DNA of 63,240 nt, filler included, from Octopus bimaculoides (lineage: Eukaryota), in NCBI RefSeq assembly GCF_001194135.2. It is 7 parts of 7 records of this genome, joined end to end, with 100 filler letters (N's around TTAATTAATTAA, not from the genome) between each part and the next. Parts side by side here need not be neighbours in the genome. Positions count along the whole stretch, not along the records: positions 28,949 to 36,157 come from NC_068998.1; positions 36,258 to 44,016 come from NC_069005.1; positions 44,117 to 48,745 come from NC_068984.1; 4 more parts are not named here. The stretch is one strand, 5' to 3'. The position numbers and the translations under genes are program-made. Shown in pieces: positions 35,692 through 47,110 of the stretch (the first letter of the stretch is position 1; each line of letters starts with the position of its first letter). The notes under the pieces were generated by a model. It worked only from the letters and a program-made list of their open reading frames with translations. It ran no database searches and was not told the DNA's origin.

Positions 35692-36123
35692 CAAGTACAA
35701 TAGAAATCGGGCTACGAGCAAAGAAATTAACTTTCTAACTCGGCAGGAAGCCGGAGAATGAGGAAATAGATATGATATCTCTGGATCACTTGATTTCGAA
35801 TTTTGAGAGCTTACCTCCCTTAATTCTCATCAGCAGGTTTCACTATATATCTAGGATTAAAAACATTGCTAATTTCGCTCTGCTTTGTAACCGTTGAAAG
35901 GCTAGCACCAAATTCAAAAACGCTGTCGGTGTATAAAATTATTAAAAGAATAAATAATCGAAAATATTTAAATAGATATTATTATTATTATTAATTATTA
36001 TTATTACCAGTAAAATGAATAACAACAATTATATAGGTAGCCAACAAGCAAAAGGCGATAAATGACAAATCCAAAATTTGGTAAGTTGATTCTTTGCTCA
36101 TAGCCCGATTTTCGTTGTGCTTG
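35692..36123 (-). mobile_element. Inverted-repeat-bounded non-autonomous module containing a hammerhead ribozyme
   Basis: ~41-bp imperfect inverted repeats (35692-35733 / 36083-36123, core AAATCGGGCTAYGAGCAAAGAA), TA-rich flanks; ~80-bp direct duplication 35495-35575 / 36000-36080. Confidence 0.65.
35767..35853 (-). ncRNA. Complete extended type I hammerhead ribozyme
   Basis: TAGATAT atagtgaaac CTG | CTGATGA | GAATT aa GGGAG gtaag CTCTC aa AATTC | GAAA TC aagt GAT C | CAG agatatc ATATCTA: all core nucleotides are canonical and stems I, II and III pair; predicted cleavage after AUC, between 35784 and 35783. Confidence 0.85.
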
Positions 36124-36157
<34 letters not shown>

Positions 36158-37004
36158 NNNNNNNNNNNNNNNNNNNNNNNNNNNNNNNNNNNNNNNNNNN
36201 NTTAATTAATTAANNNNNNNNNNNNNNNNNNNNNNNNNNNNNNNNNNNNNNNNNNNNGGTGTGTGGGTGTGTGTGTGTGTGTGTACATAACATTAGTCAG
36301 TTTGTTAAGACAAACGAGCTTACCTTGTTTCTTTTCCTTTTCCTTTTCTTTTCCAAGACGATTCCGACATACCACATTAGAGATAAGGTCTCGTTTTCCT
36401 TCTCAGTCGATTTGTTTCAACATGTCCGAAATAATTCCTTCTATGTCAAAACTAAGCGTTCGAATTTGATTAATGTGCAGCAAGTTAGTATGTACACCAT
36501 ATTAGTATTGTTTCAGTTGGTGATGTAGCTTGTTTTCATAGCTGTTCATGTTATTGTTGTTGTCGTTGTTGGGAACGTAGCTGACGTTGTTTTTTGTTGA
36601 TGTTGTTGTCCGCTGTTGTCGTTGTTGCTAGAATGATCTGCAGTTAAAAAATATAACACGATTTAAAATTATTCATGCAAAAGTTAATGATAATCTTTTA
36701 TTTATTTGTTTGTTCGAAGTTTATCGAAGCAGACGATGGATTTGTAGAAAGGACAAAATGACAAACGAAAAAAGTGAGAGAAAAAAATGTTTCTTGTTCA
36801 TTTATTGGGCAAAAAGATGTACCCGTACACACACACACACCTATAATCGTACAGACGCGATCATTTATATAAACATTCATGCACCAATGATGAATACCTG
36901 TGTGGGGATGGTGGTGCGTGTGTGTGTGTATGTTTGTGTTTATGAACGTATATATTGTTTGCAAATATAGACAGACAGACAGACAGACAGACAGATAGAT
37001 AGAT

Positions 37005-37205
37005 AAGGTGAGCTGACAGATTTTTTATCGTGCCGGACAAAATGCTAAGCAGCATTTCGTCTATCTTTACGTTCTGAGTTCAAATTATACCGACGTCCAC
37101 TTCTTTTAGATTCGAAAAATAGAAACAAGTACCAGCACCAGTTGATCACTGGGGTTACCCCTTCCCTCTAAATTGCTGGCCTTCCGCCAAAATCTGAAAC
37201 CGATA
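37005..37205 (+). mobile_element. SINE family C copy, diverged
   Basis: GGTGAGCTGACAGA...TTTACGTTCTGAGTTCAAATT...AAATTGCTGGCCTT..GCCAAAATCTGAAACC. Confidence 0.75.
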
Positions 37206-38124
37206 TACATATATATATAGAACAAATAGTGAGGGATTATCAATCCGAGCAAAGTACTTCATAAGCTCTCTGTTGGCACACCAGGCTAACAATATTAGTT
37301 AGATTAGTGAAGAACTTCAAGTAATCTTTTGGTAGAGTCCCAAGTTATGGTTCATCACAATTCTATATTGTAAATCCGTGGACTGGCTTCAGAGTGATAT
37401 ATAAGAGACATGTTAAAAATAATGGATTTCTAGCAAAGGCTCTGACGAAAGTATCATTAATTTTCTTAGGTCGTTCAATTTACATCAATTGATTAATAGA
37501 CAACTTGAGTAAACCTACCAATAACGTAGCTATAATGACTACCGGAAACATCTGTAAGCCAAATTTGGTCTAATAAAGGAAATATATGTAATGACCATTA
37601 TTTTTAACTTGTCTCTAGTATATATATATATATCAATAATATTTTTATATAAGCTTAAAGCTTATGGCACCATTTGCACCGAAAGCATATACATATATAC
37701 ATACATACATACATACATACATACATACATANNNNNNNNNNNNNNNNNNNNNNNNNNNNNNNNNNNNNNNNNNNNNNNNNNNNNNNNNNNNNNNNNNNNN
37801 NNNNNNNNNNNNNNNNNNNNNNNNNNNNNNNNNNNNNNNNNNNNNNNNNNNNNNNNNNNNNNNNNNNNNNNNNNNNNNNNNNNNNNNNNNNNNNNNNNNN
37901 NNNNNNNNNNNNNNNNNNNNNNNNNNNNNNNNNNNNNNNNNNNNNNNNNNNNNNNNNNNNNNNNNNNNNNNNNNNNNNNNNNNNNNNNNNNNNNNNNNNN
38001 NNNNNNNNNNNNNNNNNNNNNNNNNNNNNNNNNNNNNNNNNNNNNNNNNNNNNNNNNNNNNNNNNNNNNNNNNNNNNNNNNNNTATATATATATATATAT
38101 ATATATATATGCAATAGTATATTT

Positions 38125-38157
<33 letters not shown>

Positions 38158-39089
38158 ATGATAGACAAACTGACTGACAGACAGACGCTATAATATGAAT
38201 TACTTGATAGAAGAGAAGTGGACTCCACAGAATTTAGTATTTAAATAGGCACTTCGTCTGATACATTGTCATATAATATTTCGGGAAATATATTCAAACC
38301 AAACAAACGGATCGTCTTACAAACAGCTTATATACATTTAGTTGTTTAAGTGGCCATTTTGGCTTTTCATGCGCAGCATAGTGTTGAGGAAACTAATAAA
38401 ATTATAAATTAATGAATTGCTTCCTTTTTATCGGTTGGGTGACGAATTTCATATCTAATCTATATAGATTGTTGTTAAGAACCTATCTTTGAAGAGAAAT
38501 AGATGCGTTGTCTTTTTCCCACCTACCCACTCACCAGCATTAATGAGTCCACGTTTAAGGAGATTGAACCAGTCCGCATGGAATCAAAGTTCAATTATTT
38601 GAGAACTTATGAAAGAAAACGACGTATTTGTTGTTTCCTCAGGGGAGGCCTGACTCTTACATAGTTTCATCAATACAAGTGCTTTTCCTGTAATCGAGTC
38701 TTTTTCACACTATTGTCTACCGGAATTATTCTCCCAGTACCAACTACAGTCAAGATATGGAGCGGTATTATTTCTTTCTGCAAAATCCATAAGATCTACT
38801 AATGAAAAATTATATTATTAATTTCTTATAAATTTGATGATAACAAAGAAATCACTCGGGATAACTAGAAGCGGGTTGGTCCACGAGGCTTACAGTCAGT
38901 TCTATTCGGGGAGGTTTAGGAGGTCCAAATATGCATCATCTTCAAACAGTTTGAATATGCCATACATTTCATGAAATTCTGAAGTCAATAGGATCTCACT
39001 TCGTAAGCTGTTTAGATCAGTGAAGTTATACCATGTTGCAGATTTCGAATAAGGATGAAATGGTGCTATACATGGCTACCAGTGACTAA

Positions 39090-39215
39090 AATATATTATG
39101 GTTTTTAACATGAGTAAAGAAAATGGCACCTCAGGCAAATGTTTTTTATAATAGCTGCGAGCCGACCAATGCCTTGTGAATGGATTTGGTTGATGGAAAC
39201 TGAAAGAAGCCCACT
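39090..39215 (+). mobile_element. SINE family A 5' part, diverged
   Basis: GGCACCTCAGGCAAATG...GCCGACCAATGCCTTGTGAATGGATTTGGTTGATGGAAACTGAAAGAAGCCC followed by microsatellite. Confidence 0.7.
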
Positions 39216-39983
39216 GTATGTATGTATGCACACGCACACATTCACGCACGCACTCACCCAGACACACTCATTCACACACACATATGTATATGTGTGTATA
39301 TACGAATGTGCGTGTATTTATATATGCATATATGTATGCATGGTATATAAGCATATACATACATATATATATGCATTATATATATATATNNNNNNNNNNN
39401 NNNNNNNNNNNNNNNNNNNNNNNNNNNNNNNNNNNNNNNNNNNNNNNNNNNNNNNNNNNNNNNNNNNNNNNNNNNNNNNNNNNNNNNNNNNNNNNNNNNN
39501 NNNNNNNNNNNNNNNNNNNNNNNNNNNNNNNNNNNNNNNNNNNNNNNNNNNNNNNNNNNNNNNNNNNNNNNNNNNNNNNNNNNNNNNNNNNNNNNNNNNN
39601 NNNNNNNNNNNNNNNNNNNNNNNNNNNNNNNNNNNNNNNNNNNNNNNNNNNNNNNNNNNNNNNNNNNNNNNNNNNNNNNNNNNNNNNNNNNNNNNNNNNN
39701 NNNNNNNNNNNNNNNNNNNNNNNNNNNNNNNNNNNNNNNNNNNNNNNNNNNNNNNNNNNNNNNNNNNNNNNNNNNNNNNNNNNNNNNNNNNNNNNNNNNN
39801 NNNNNNNNNNNNNNNNNNNNNNNNNNNNNNNNNNNNNNNNNNNNNNNNNNNNNNNNNNNNNNNNNNNNNNNNNNNNNNNNNNNNNNNNNNNNNNNNNNNN
39901 NNNNNNNNNNNNNNNNNNNNNNNNNNNNNNNNNNNNNNNNNNNNNNNNNNNNNNNNNNNNNNNNNNNNNNNNNNNNNNNNNNN

Positions 39984-40011
<28 letters not shown>

Positions 40012-40019
<8 letters not shown>

Positions 40020-40503
40020 CAAATTAGGTTAGTTGAAATATGTTTGTCACATATGTTAACTGCTAAAGGTAAATACACTGCAGTCACCGTGGATAAAAAT
40101 CTCTCTTGTTGTTAAAAGTTGTGAAAACACCCATTTCGTTCAGTGTCACCATCTCTCGGGGATCTCAGACATCGATGTTTCGAGTTTATTGACTCTTGTC
40201 GATGCGAGCGATCCACTAGCATAAATTAGTGAACGTGTTGACTGAATTATATATAAAGCAATAAGCTTTATTTACTTCGTTCAGACTTGCTTCTCTTAGG
40301 TAGATCTCATCGACAAGGGTCAATAAACTTGAAACATCGATGTCTGAGATTCACAAAAGTTGGCGACACGAACGAACTGAGTGTTTTCACACCTTTTTAC
40401 CATAAGAGAGTTTTTTTCTTCACAGTAACTGCAGTGCATTTGCCTTTAGCAGTTGAAATATGTGACAACAAACTTATTTCAACAAACCTAAATTGTGATT
40501 ATA
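40012..40503. mobile_element. Foldback MITE with ~200-bp terminal inverted repeats, TA-flanked
   Basis: 40012-40214 is the reverse complement of 40299-40503 at roughly 80% identity by eye; ~85-bp spacer. Confidence 0.85.
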
Positions 40504-40669
40504 CGTAAACACTGCTTTGCGCCATTACTCCGTTATATATATAGCGGGGCGAAGATGCAGGTCGTTCATTTAAAAAGCTGCTTTTACAATCACATCAAAC
40601 CTCTGAAAAGGTCAGATTAACATCAAACACGATTCGCTAAAATAGTTATATAGATATATGCGTATGAGA

Positions 40670-40723
<54 letters not shown>

Positions 40724-40984
40724 ATGCTTGTATTCACTCATTTTTTCAGTCTTTTTCCAGACTGCTTTCCACTCCAGCTGAAGAAACCCCTCTCCTATCT
40801 CCCTCCAACTCTCCACACTGGCCTTTGTTATTGCTAGGGTTTGGCTCAGTCTCCTCGCTAGACCTGGAGGCTGTTGGGAGTACAATTTTATTTTCTTGTA
40901 CATTTGAAGATTTAGGTCTCAGTAAATAAAAGAACCAGATCTAATATTACAAACCATTCAATTCATTATCTTCAATCTTTCGCA

Positions 40985-41175
40985 AGTCGGCGAGTTGGCA
41001 GAATCGTTTGCATACCGGGAAAAATGCTTAGCGGCATTTCGTCCGTATTTACGTTCTAATTTGAAAGTTCACCGATATCGACTTTGCCTTCTATTCTTTT
41101 GGGATCGATAATGTAAATACCTGTTGAGCACTGGGGTCGATATAATCGACTTACCTTCACCCACGAACTTCCTGG
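40985..41175 (+). mobile_element. SINE family C copy (an inverted degenerate copy follows at ~41220-41380)
   Basis: GGCGAGTTGGCAGAATCGTTTGCATACCGGG...TCGACTTTGCC...GAGCACTGGGGTCGATATAATCGAC. Confidence 0.8.
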
Positions 41176-42142
41176 TCATGTTTTAAAATTTGAAGTTTTT
41201 ATACTTTCCCTAATGCACCGTCTGGGATTGGTACTTTTTCGTAAAAAAAAAAAAACCCGGAAAAGCCAAAATTGATTCAGGCGGAATTTGAACTTAACGC
41301 ACAGAACAAATACCTGAGACTTGTACCAATGAGTACCTACGTTCGATGTGCTAACGGTTGACCCACTATAATATCTGATGTGCTGAGCTACACCAAGATA
41401 TATCAAAAATAATTTCCCGAGTTGACATACTACCTTTCTATTCGTAAAAAAAATTGCATTGCCTAACCTCAGTCAAACCTAATGGTTATCATGCATTAAA
41501 AACTTATAATTTCTATTATTTTTAACCGCTAACAGAAAACACACAGTTATATGTTTTCAATGTGGCGGCAGAAGCAGAAAAATAAAAGCGAACAAAAGAA
41601 TTGACACAAGTGCCCTTTGTCATCTGTAACCTATTCATCACACAAGCGTTCATATTTCAATTTTTTTGTTACGTTCGCGATAAATACTTTAGTCGTATAG
41701 TTTTAATTCATTCCTGCTTTCAAGGTTCAGACGTAAGAAAATTTATTGTATTCAGTGTTTAAAAATATCTTCTCTCTCTTTGAAATTTTAGTTCAGTCAT
41801 TTGATCTCAGGCCACAATAATGTCAAAAGAACAAATAGCTTACGATAAAATACGATGCGTATATGCCTGTGTAGATTGATCGAGTTATTCTACCTAACTT
41901 GTTGTTTCTTTTTTTTTTATTCCTTCTTCTCATTTTCCATAAACTACTGTCTTATGTTTCGTAAGTTTACTTATTATTAACAACTTTCACCACATATTCA
42001 CAGGCTTCACAACTCTTCTCCAACTTCAGCTCAGATCAAGCAATGAGAATCACCGAATACAAATTTATTACGAAAGATTTTAATACTAAAAAATTCCATG
42101 TTTCGATATGTAATGGTGCAATGACAATTTTTTCTTCCACGT

Positions 42143-42310
42143 GAGGCGCAAGCGTGGCTATGTAGTAAAAAGCTTGCTTCCCAATTAGATGGTTCTGGGT
42201 TCAGCCCCACTGCGTGGCACCTTAGGCAAGTCTCTTCTACTATAACCTTGGGCTGACCAAAGCCTTGTGAGTAGATTTGGTAGACGGAAACTGAAAGAAG
42301 CTTGTTGGTT
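42143..42310 (+). mobile_element. SINE family A 5' part
   Basis: GCGTGGCTATGTAGTAAAAAGCTTGC...GGGTTCAGCCCCACTGCGTGGCACCTTAGGCAAG...GAAACTGAAAGAAGC. Confidence 0.85.
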
Positions 42311-42407
42311 ATATATATATAGTTCAAATTTATAGAAAAACAAAGACGAAGACAGGTGTAAGAACAAGAAAGTCTATTAGTTTGACACTAGGGTAAAATA
42401 GAAAAGT

Positions 42408-42443
42408 CTTTTACGTTTCGAGCCTACGCTCTTCGACAGAAAG
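42408..42443 (-). ncRNA. Minimal PLE-type hammerhead ribozyme with variant core CUGUCGA(A)
   Basis: CTTT | CTGTCGA A | GAGC gtag GCTC | GAAA CG T A | AAAG: stem I 4 bp, stem II 4 bp, loopless palindromic stem III (ACGT), GUA triplet. Confidence 0.7.
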
Positions 42444-42496
42444 GAGTAAGAGGAAATAAATAGAGAGAGAATGAAAAAAATGTGTTTATTTCAAAA

Positions 42497-42590
42497 CCCT
42501 GTTGTACTCTTTCACCACAACTTTTTTCAAACGGCTAGCCTTGTCACACACTGTGTCACGCTGAATCTCCGTATCTGTAGAGTGTTCAGA
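42497..42590 (+). mobile_element. SINE family B internal fragment
   Basis: CCCTGTTGTACTCTTTCACCACAACTTT...AGCCTTGTCACAC.CTGTGTCACGCTGAATCTCC. Confidence 0.7.
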
Positions 42591-42696
42591 AAATATCATG
42601 AGTGTACCTGGGTGATCGATCTATTAGAAATAGCAGACTAATCTCCCACAGACTATGTCTTACCAGCTGAGAAATGAGGAAGATGCATTAAATAAT

Positions 42697-42928
42697 GGAC
42701 ATTCCTGCACATGTGTGTCCCCCACCACCGACTTTGTTTCCTCAAAACTTCCCGAAAAATGGACATTTTTGGTGAAATTTTCTACAGATACGCCTCAGGC
42801 GGTGCACATTCCGATTATATATCTGTACCATCTGCAACGTATTTGTAGAAAATTTTACTAAAAAATATCCATTTTTCGGTAAGGTATGAGGCAACAAAAT
42901 CGGAGGTACACACATGTACAGAAATGCC
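42697..42928. mobile_element. Foldback MITE with ~95-bp inverted arms
   Basis: GGACATTCCTGCACATGTGTG...GAAAAATGGACATTTTTGGTGAAATTTTCTACAGATACG versus the reverse complement of the right arm; ~45-bp spacer. Confidence 0.8.
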
Positions 42929-43920
42929 AAATAACATAGTTTTAAATAAGCTAGATGCTATAATAAGGGGAAATGGATTTCCGGTATTTTGTAAACTTTG
43001 CGTGGTTTGCCTTGTGGATTCTGTTTTAGATTCTTTAATGCCAACGTCAGCGAAAACTCTAATGTTGAGCGTCATCAACCAGCACTTAAATTTATCAACC
43101 TGAGAAGGGTGAGAAAGCTGAACACGATGGGATTTGATCTCAGAACGTAAGGACCATAGTTAAGTGATGTGCGACATTTTTTCTAACGCTCACACTATTC
43201 AGTTTTTTCAACATTAAGATCGTTTTAATTATTGCATTTCCCGCGAACACTGGATAGCGTCGGAATCAAACAAAAGGCAGATTTGCATGCGCGCGCAACT
43301 GCTAGTCTATCATTAAATAAAGACAAAAACACACTTGCTCAAGTCTGCGATTTAGATAGGAACATTCAGCAATGAAGATAATAGTTATGTAATATAATCG
43401 TACCCCTCAAAATAGATGCCCTTAACAAACACGGGAATAGGATCAAGTGTGGGATAAGTTTAATCATTAGATCTCCAGGATCGGAATTGATCTCAAACTA
43501 AACAATAGACGAATAACATTATAATTGTAACAGAAATATAACAATACAGAAATAAACGGTTTCTTCCAGAACTTTACAGAATACAGAAATACAGGGGAAA
43601 AAGAAATAAAACCTAATGTTGTCATAAATACTGAAGTTGTAATTATGCTTAGAATTCCCAGCCACGACCACTTCAAAGATAATTCACTCAGCTAAATATT
43701 TTCTACGTGAAGTTATTGCTGTACAATCATTTCATTAGTTGGCATCGATCAGATATGATATCAGTCCGTTGGAGAAGAATATATCTTTGCTGGATATTGC
43801 AATAGTGAGTGTGTATCTATATATGTGTGTGTGGGGTGGGGTAAGGTGCCTGTGCTTGTCTCTACATACACACGTGTGCGTGTATATAGAAGCAATTATA
43901 TATGTATGGATATATATATC

Positions 43921-43960
<40 letters not shown>

Positions 43961-43978
43961 ATGTATATATATATATAT

Positions 43979-44012
<34 letters not shown>

Positions 44013-44124
44013 ATATNNNNNNNNNNNNNNNNNNNNNNNNNNNNNNNNNNNNNNNNNNNNTTAATTAATTAANNNNNNNNNNNNNNNNNNNNNNNNNNNN
44101 NNNNNNNNNNNNNNNNTATATATA

Positions 44125-44285
44125 CGACGGGCTTCTTTCAGTTCCTGTCTACCAAATCTACTCAGAAGGCTTTAGTCGGCCCGAGACAATAATAGAAGAC
44201 ACTTGCCCAAGGTGCTACACAATGGGACTGAACCCGGAACCACGTGGTTGGAAAGCAAGTTTCTTACCACAAAGCCAAGCGTGCC
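44125..44285 (-). mobile_element. SINE family A 5' part
   Basis: Reverse complement of the family A head. Confidence 0.85.
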
Positions 44286-44494
44286 CCTATTATGTATCAC
44301 GTGAAAGAGAATCTTTTGAGGGTCCACGATTTGGGTTATCAGAGGAATACATTCGTGGCTAATTGGCACTCCATCGACATATGTTTGTTAAAGAGTTAAT
44401 ATATATCCAAAACGCAAAAACAATTCACAAAAGTTGTAGAAGAAGGAGAGAGACAGGGAAAAAGCTGTAAAACAATTTTTTTTCTAAGATTTTA

Positions 44495-44700
44495 CCTTTT
44501 ATTTGCTTCAGTAAATAGACTGCGGCCATGCTGTAGCACTGCCTTGAAGAAATGTAGTCGAACATATCGACCTCAATACTTATCTATTTCTAAGCCTGGT
44601 GCCTATTCTATCGGTCTCTTCTGCGGAACATTTGCATGGACGCAAACACACCAACACCAGTTGTCAAGCGGGAGGGGGCAAACACAGACACAAAGACACA
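44495..44700 (-). mobile_element. SINE family A 3' half
   Basis: GCGGCCATGCTGTAGCACTGCC...AAGCCTGGTGCCTATTCTATCGGTCTC...ACACCAGTTGTCAAGCG. Confidence 0.8.
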
Positions 44701-44718
44701 CACTCACACACACACTTA

Positions 44719-44761
<43 letters not shown>

Positions 44762-44874
44762 TGTGTGTGTGTGTGTGTATAAACGTAAAGAAAATGGAGA
44801 TATACAATTGTCAATTCAAAAATCAAAATTTATTAACATAATATATTATATTATATTCTTATAATGATATAATG

Positions 44875-45253
44875 TGGAGGCGCAATGGCCCAGTGGTTAG
44901 GGCAGCGAACTCGTGGTCATAGGATCGCGGTTTCGATTCCCAGACCCGGCGTTGTGAGTGTTTATTGAGCGAAAACACCTAAAGCTCCACGAGGCTCCAG
45001 CAGGGGGTGGTGCTGAACCCTGCTGTACTCTTTCACCACAACTTTCTCTCACTCTTACTTCCTGTTTCTGTTGTGCCTGTAATTCAAAGGGTCAGCCTTG
45101 TCACACTGTTTCACGCTGAATATCTCCGAGAACTACGTTAAGGGTACACGTGTCTGTGGAGTGTTCAGCCACTTGCACGTTAATTTCACGAGCAGGCTGT
45201 TCCGTTGATCGGATCAACTGGAACCCTCGACGTCGTAAGCGACGAAGTACCAA
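44875..45253 (+). mobile_element. SINE family B, full length
   Basis: A and B boxes, tRNA-Arg-like head, body nearly identical to 1985-2330, intact 3' end. Confidence 0.9.
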
Positions 45254-45344
45254 CAAATGATATAATATAATAAATATTAAATACAAATTTAATATACACC
45301 CATATGAATCTTCTAAATTGGGTATTAAACAGTTGAGCCAGTGA

Positions 45345-45590
45345 AACAGTGGATGGTTCCATCCCAACGGTCTCTAATCAACTACTGCCACCTTGGGCTG
45401 GTTTCAGTTGCTATACCTCTCTTCTCGGTGGCATTCTTCAGTGGCTTGGATTCCAGACCAATCTTCTGCAAGAAATAACGCAACGATTTAGATGGGAAGC
45501 TGTAGCATCTGATTCAATAGAGAATAATGTCACATGTCATCCCTTGACAAGGGCCCCATCGACCAAGTCCTGATGTTTTCGTCTGGGTTC
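45345..45590 (-). mobile_element. HERO-like REL LINE C-terminal remnant
   Basis: RRKHQDLV..A..G*.V.LFSIE...then SLRYFLQKIGL...KNATE...ETSPRW..L.RD.W, resembling the HERO C-terminal pattern; frameshifted. Confidence 0.5.
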
Positions 45591-46049
45591 AATAAAATAA
45601 ATACTAGTTAACTTCTGGGGAAGAGATGATTTTGGATTTGTGCCATGTTAGAAATATTTATTTATAGAGACATAAATGAAGTGAAACCACTATCACTGGT
45701 AGACAAAAAATTGCCGATGCACCTTCAGTGGAGCTTACCTCAGTTCTGCTGCACTCTCCATGGAAAGTCCAAGGTAAACGATAAAATATCAGAATTCCAA
45801 TTGTTTTCGTGTTTGTTGATTATTTGGTGTCTAGAATCTGATTAGTTATACATTATTAAATTTAATTCGTTTTAATATGATTATTTCAGACATTAAAATA
45901 CACACACACTCACACACACAAATACACGTTGACACACGTGCACGTACACACAAACGTAAACAACGCCATCTCCCACAAAACACATGCACGCGCACTCATG
46001 AACACACACTCATAAACACATATGTACACTGGCGCATGTTCACACACGT

Positions 46050-46095
<46 letters not shown>

Positions 46096-46175
46096 NNNNN
46101 NNNNNNNNNNNNNNNNNNNNNNNNNNNNNNNNNNNNNNNNNNNNNNNNNNNNNNNNNNNNNNNNNNNNNNNNNNN

Positions 46176-46257
<82 letters not shown>

Positions 46258-46911
46258 TAATAGAACTCAGCATTCCAATTTTTAAATTCTATGGTAACCA
46301 TTATTTCAGGCACGCAACCTCGTAATTACTGGGTTGTTTTCTTCCCTTCTCACAAAGTATCTTTTTAATTAAAAGCTGGGTTGTGAATGCAGCCAAGTGG
46401 AAGAAACGCAAAGGACACCGGACCGGACGGTTGAATGTGTTAGCGGTGTCTCTGTCTACGTTATTAAATCACATCCGGTCGTGTCTTCGTTTGCATTTTT
46501 CACTGTCCTGAATATTTAAAACAAGTTCTAGGCAGACTCTACTGGAATCTATTCAATACGCTATACCAATTCACAAACATATTGATATTTTTTTTTTCAG
46601 ACACGATAGTTCTTTATTTTAAACTTGTTGTGACTTTTCTGTTTTCCCAGGAAGTATTTGTATTCTTAATTAAGTGAATTTACTTCAGTCCAGAATTGAA
46701 ACTCCATCGAGCCCTCCTTGTAAAAAAGCTTTCCACTTACTCAACAGAACTTGTTGCGACCTAAAGGCAAACTTCGACAATTCTTTCATTATAAACCGTG
46801 ACACAACTTGTAAAAAATTTATTTTCCTATTTTAAAATGTTCATCATGTCTAATTACTTATATAACTTGTTGCTTTGAAATCTATTGAGTTCTCAATCAG
46901 ATGTTGTCGTA

Positions 46912-47110
46912 AGTGGGCGAGCTGACAGAAACGTTAGCAAGCCGGGCGAAATGCTTAGCAGTATTTCGTCTGTCTTTACGTTCCGAGTTCAAATTCCACC
47001 GAGGTCGACTTTACGTTTTTATCCTTTCGGAGTCAATAAATTAAGTACTAGTTACGTACTGAGGTCGATGTAATCGACTGTCCCTCTCCCTAAAAATTTC
47101 GGGACTCTGC
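46912..47110 (+). mobile_element. SINE family C copy
   Basis: Well-preserved head and central block. Confidence 0.85.

Noticed and set aside
43283-43292. Octamer ATTTGCAT
   Set aside because: It is an isolated 8-mer with no downstream snRNA or histone gene.
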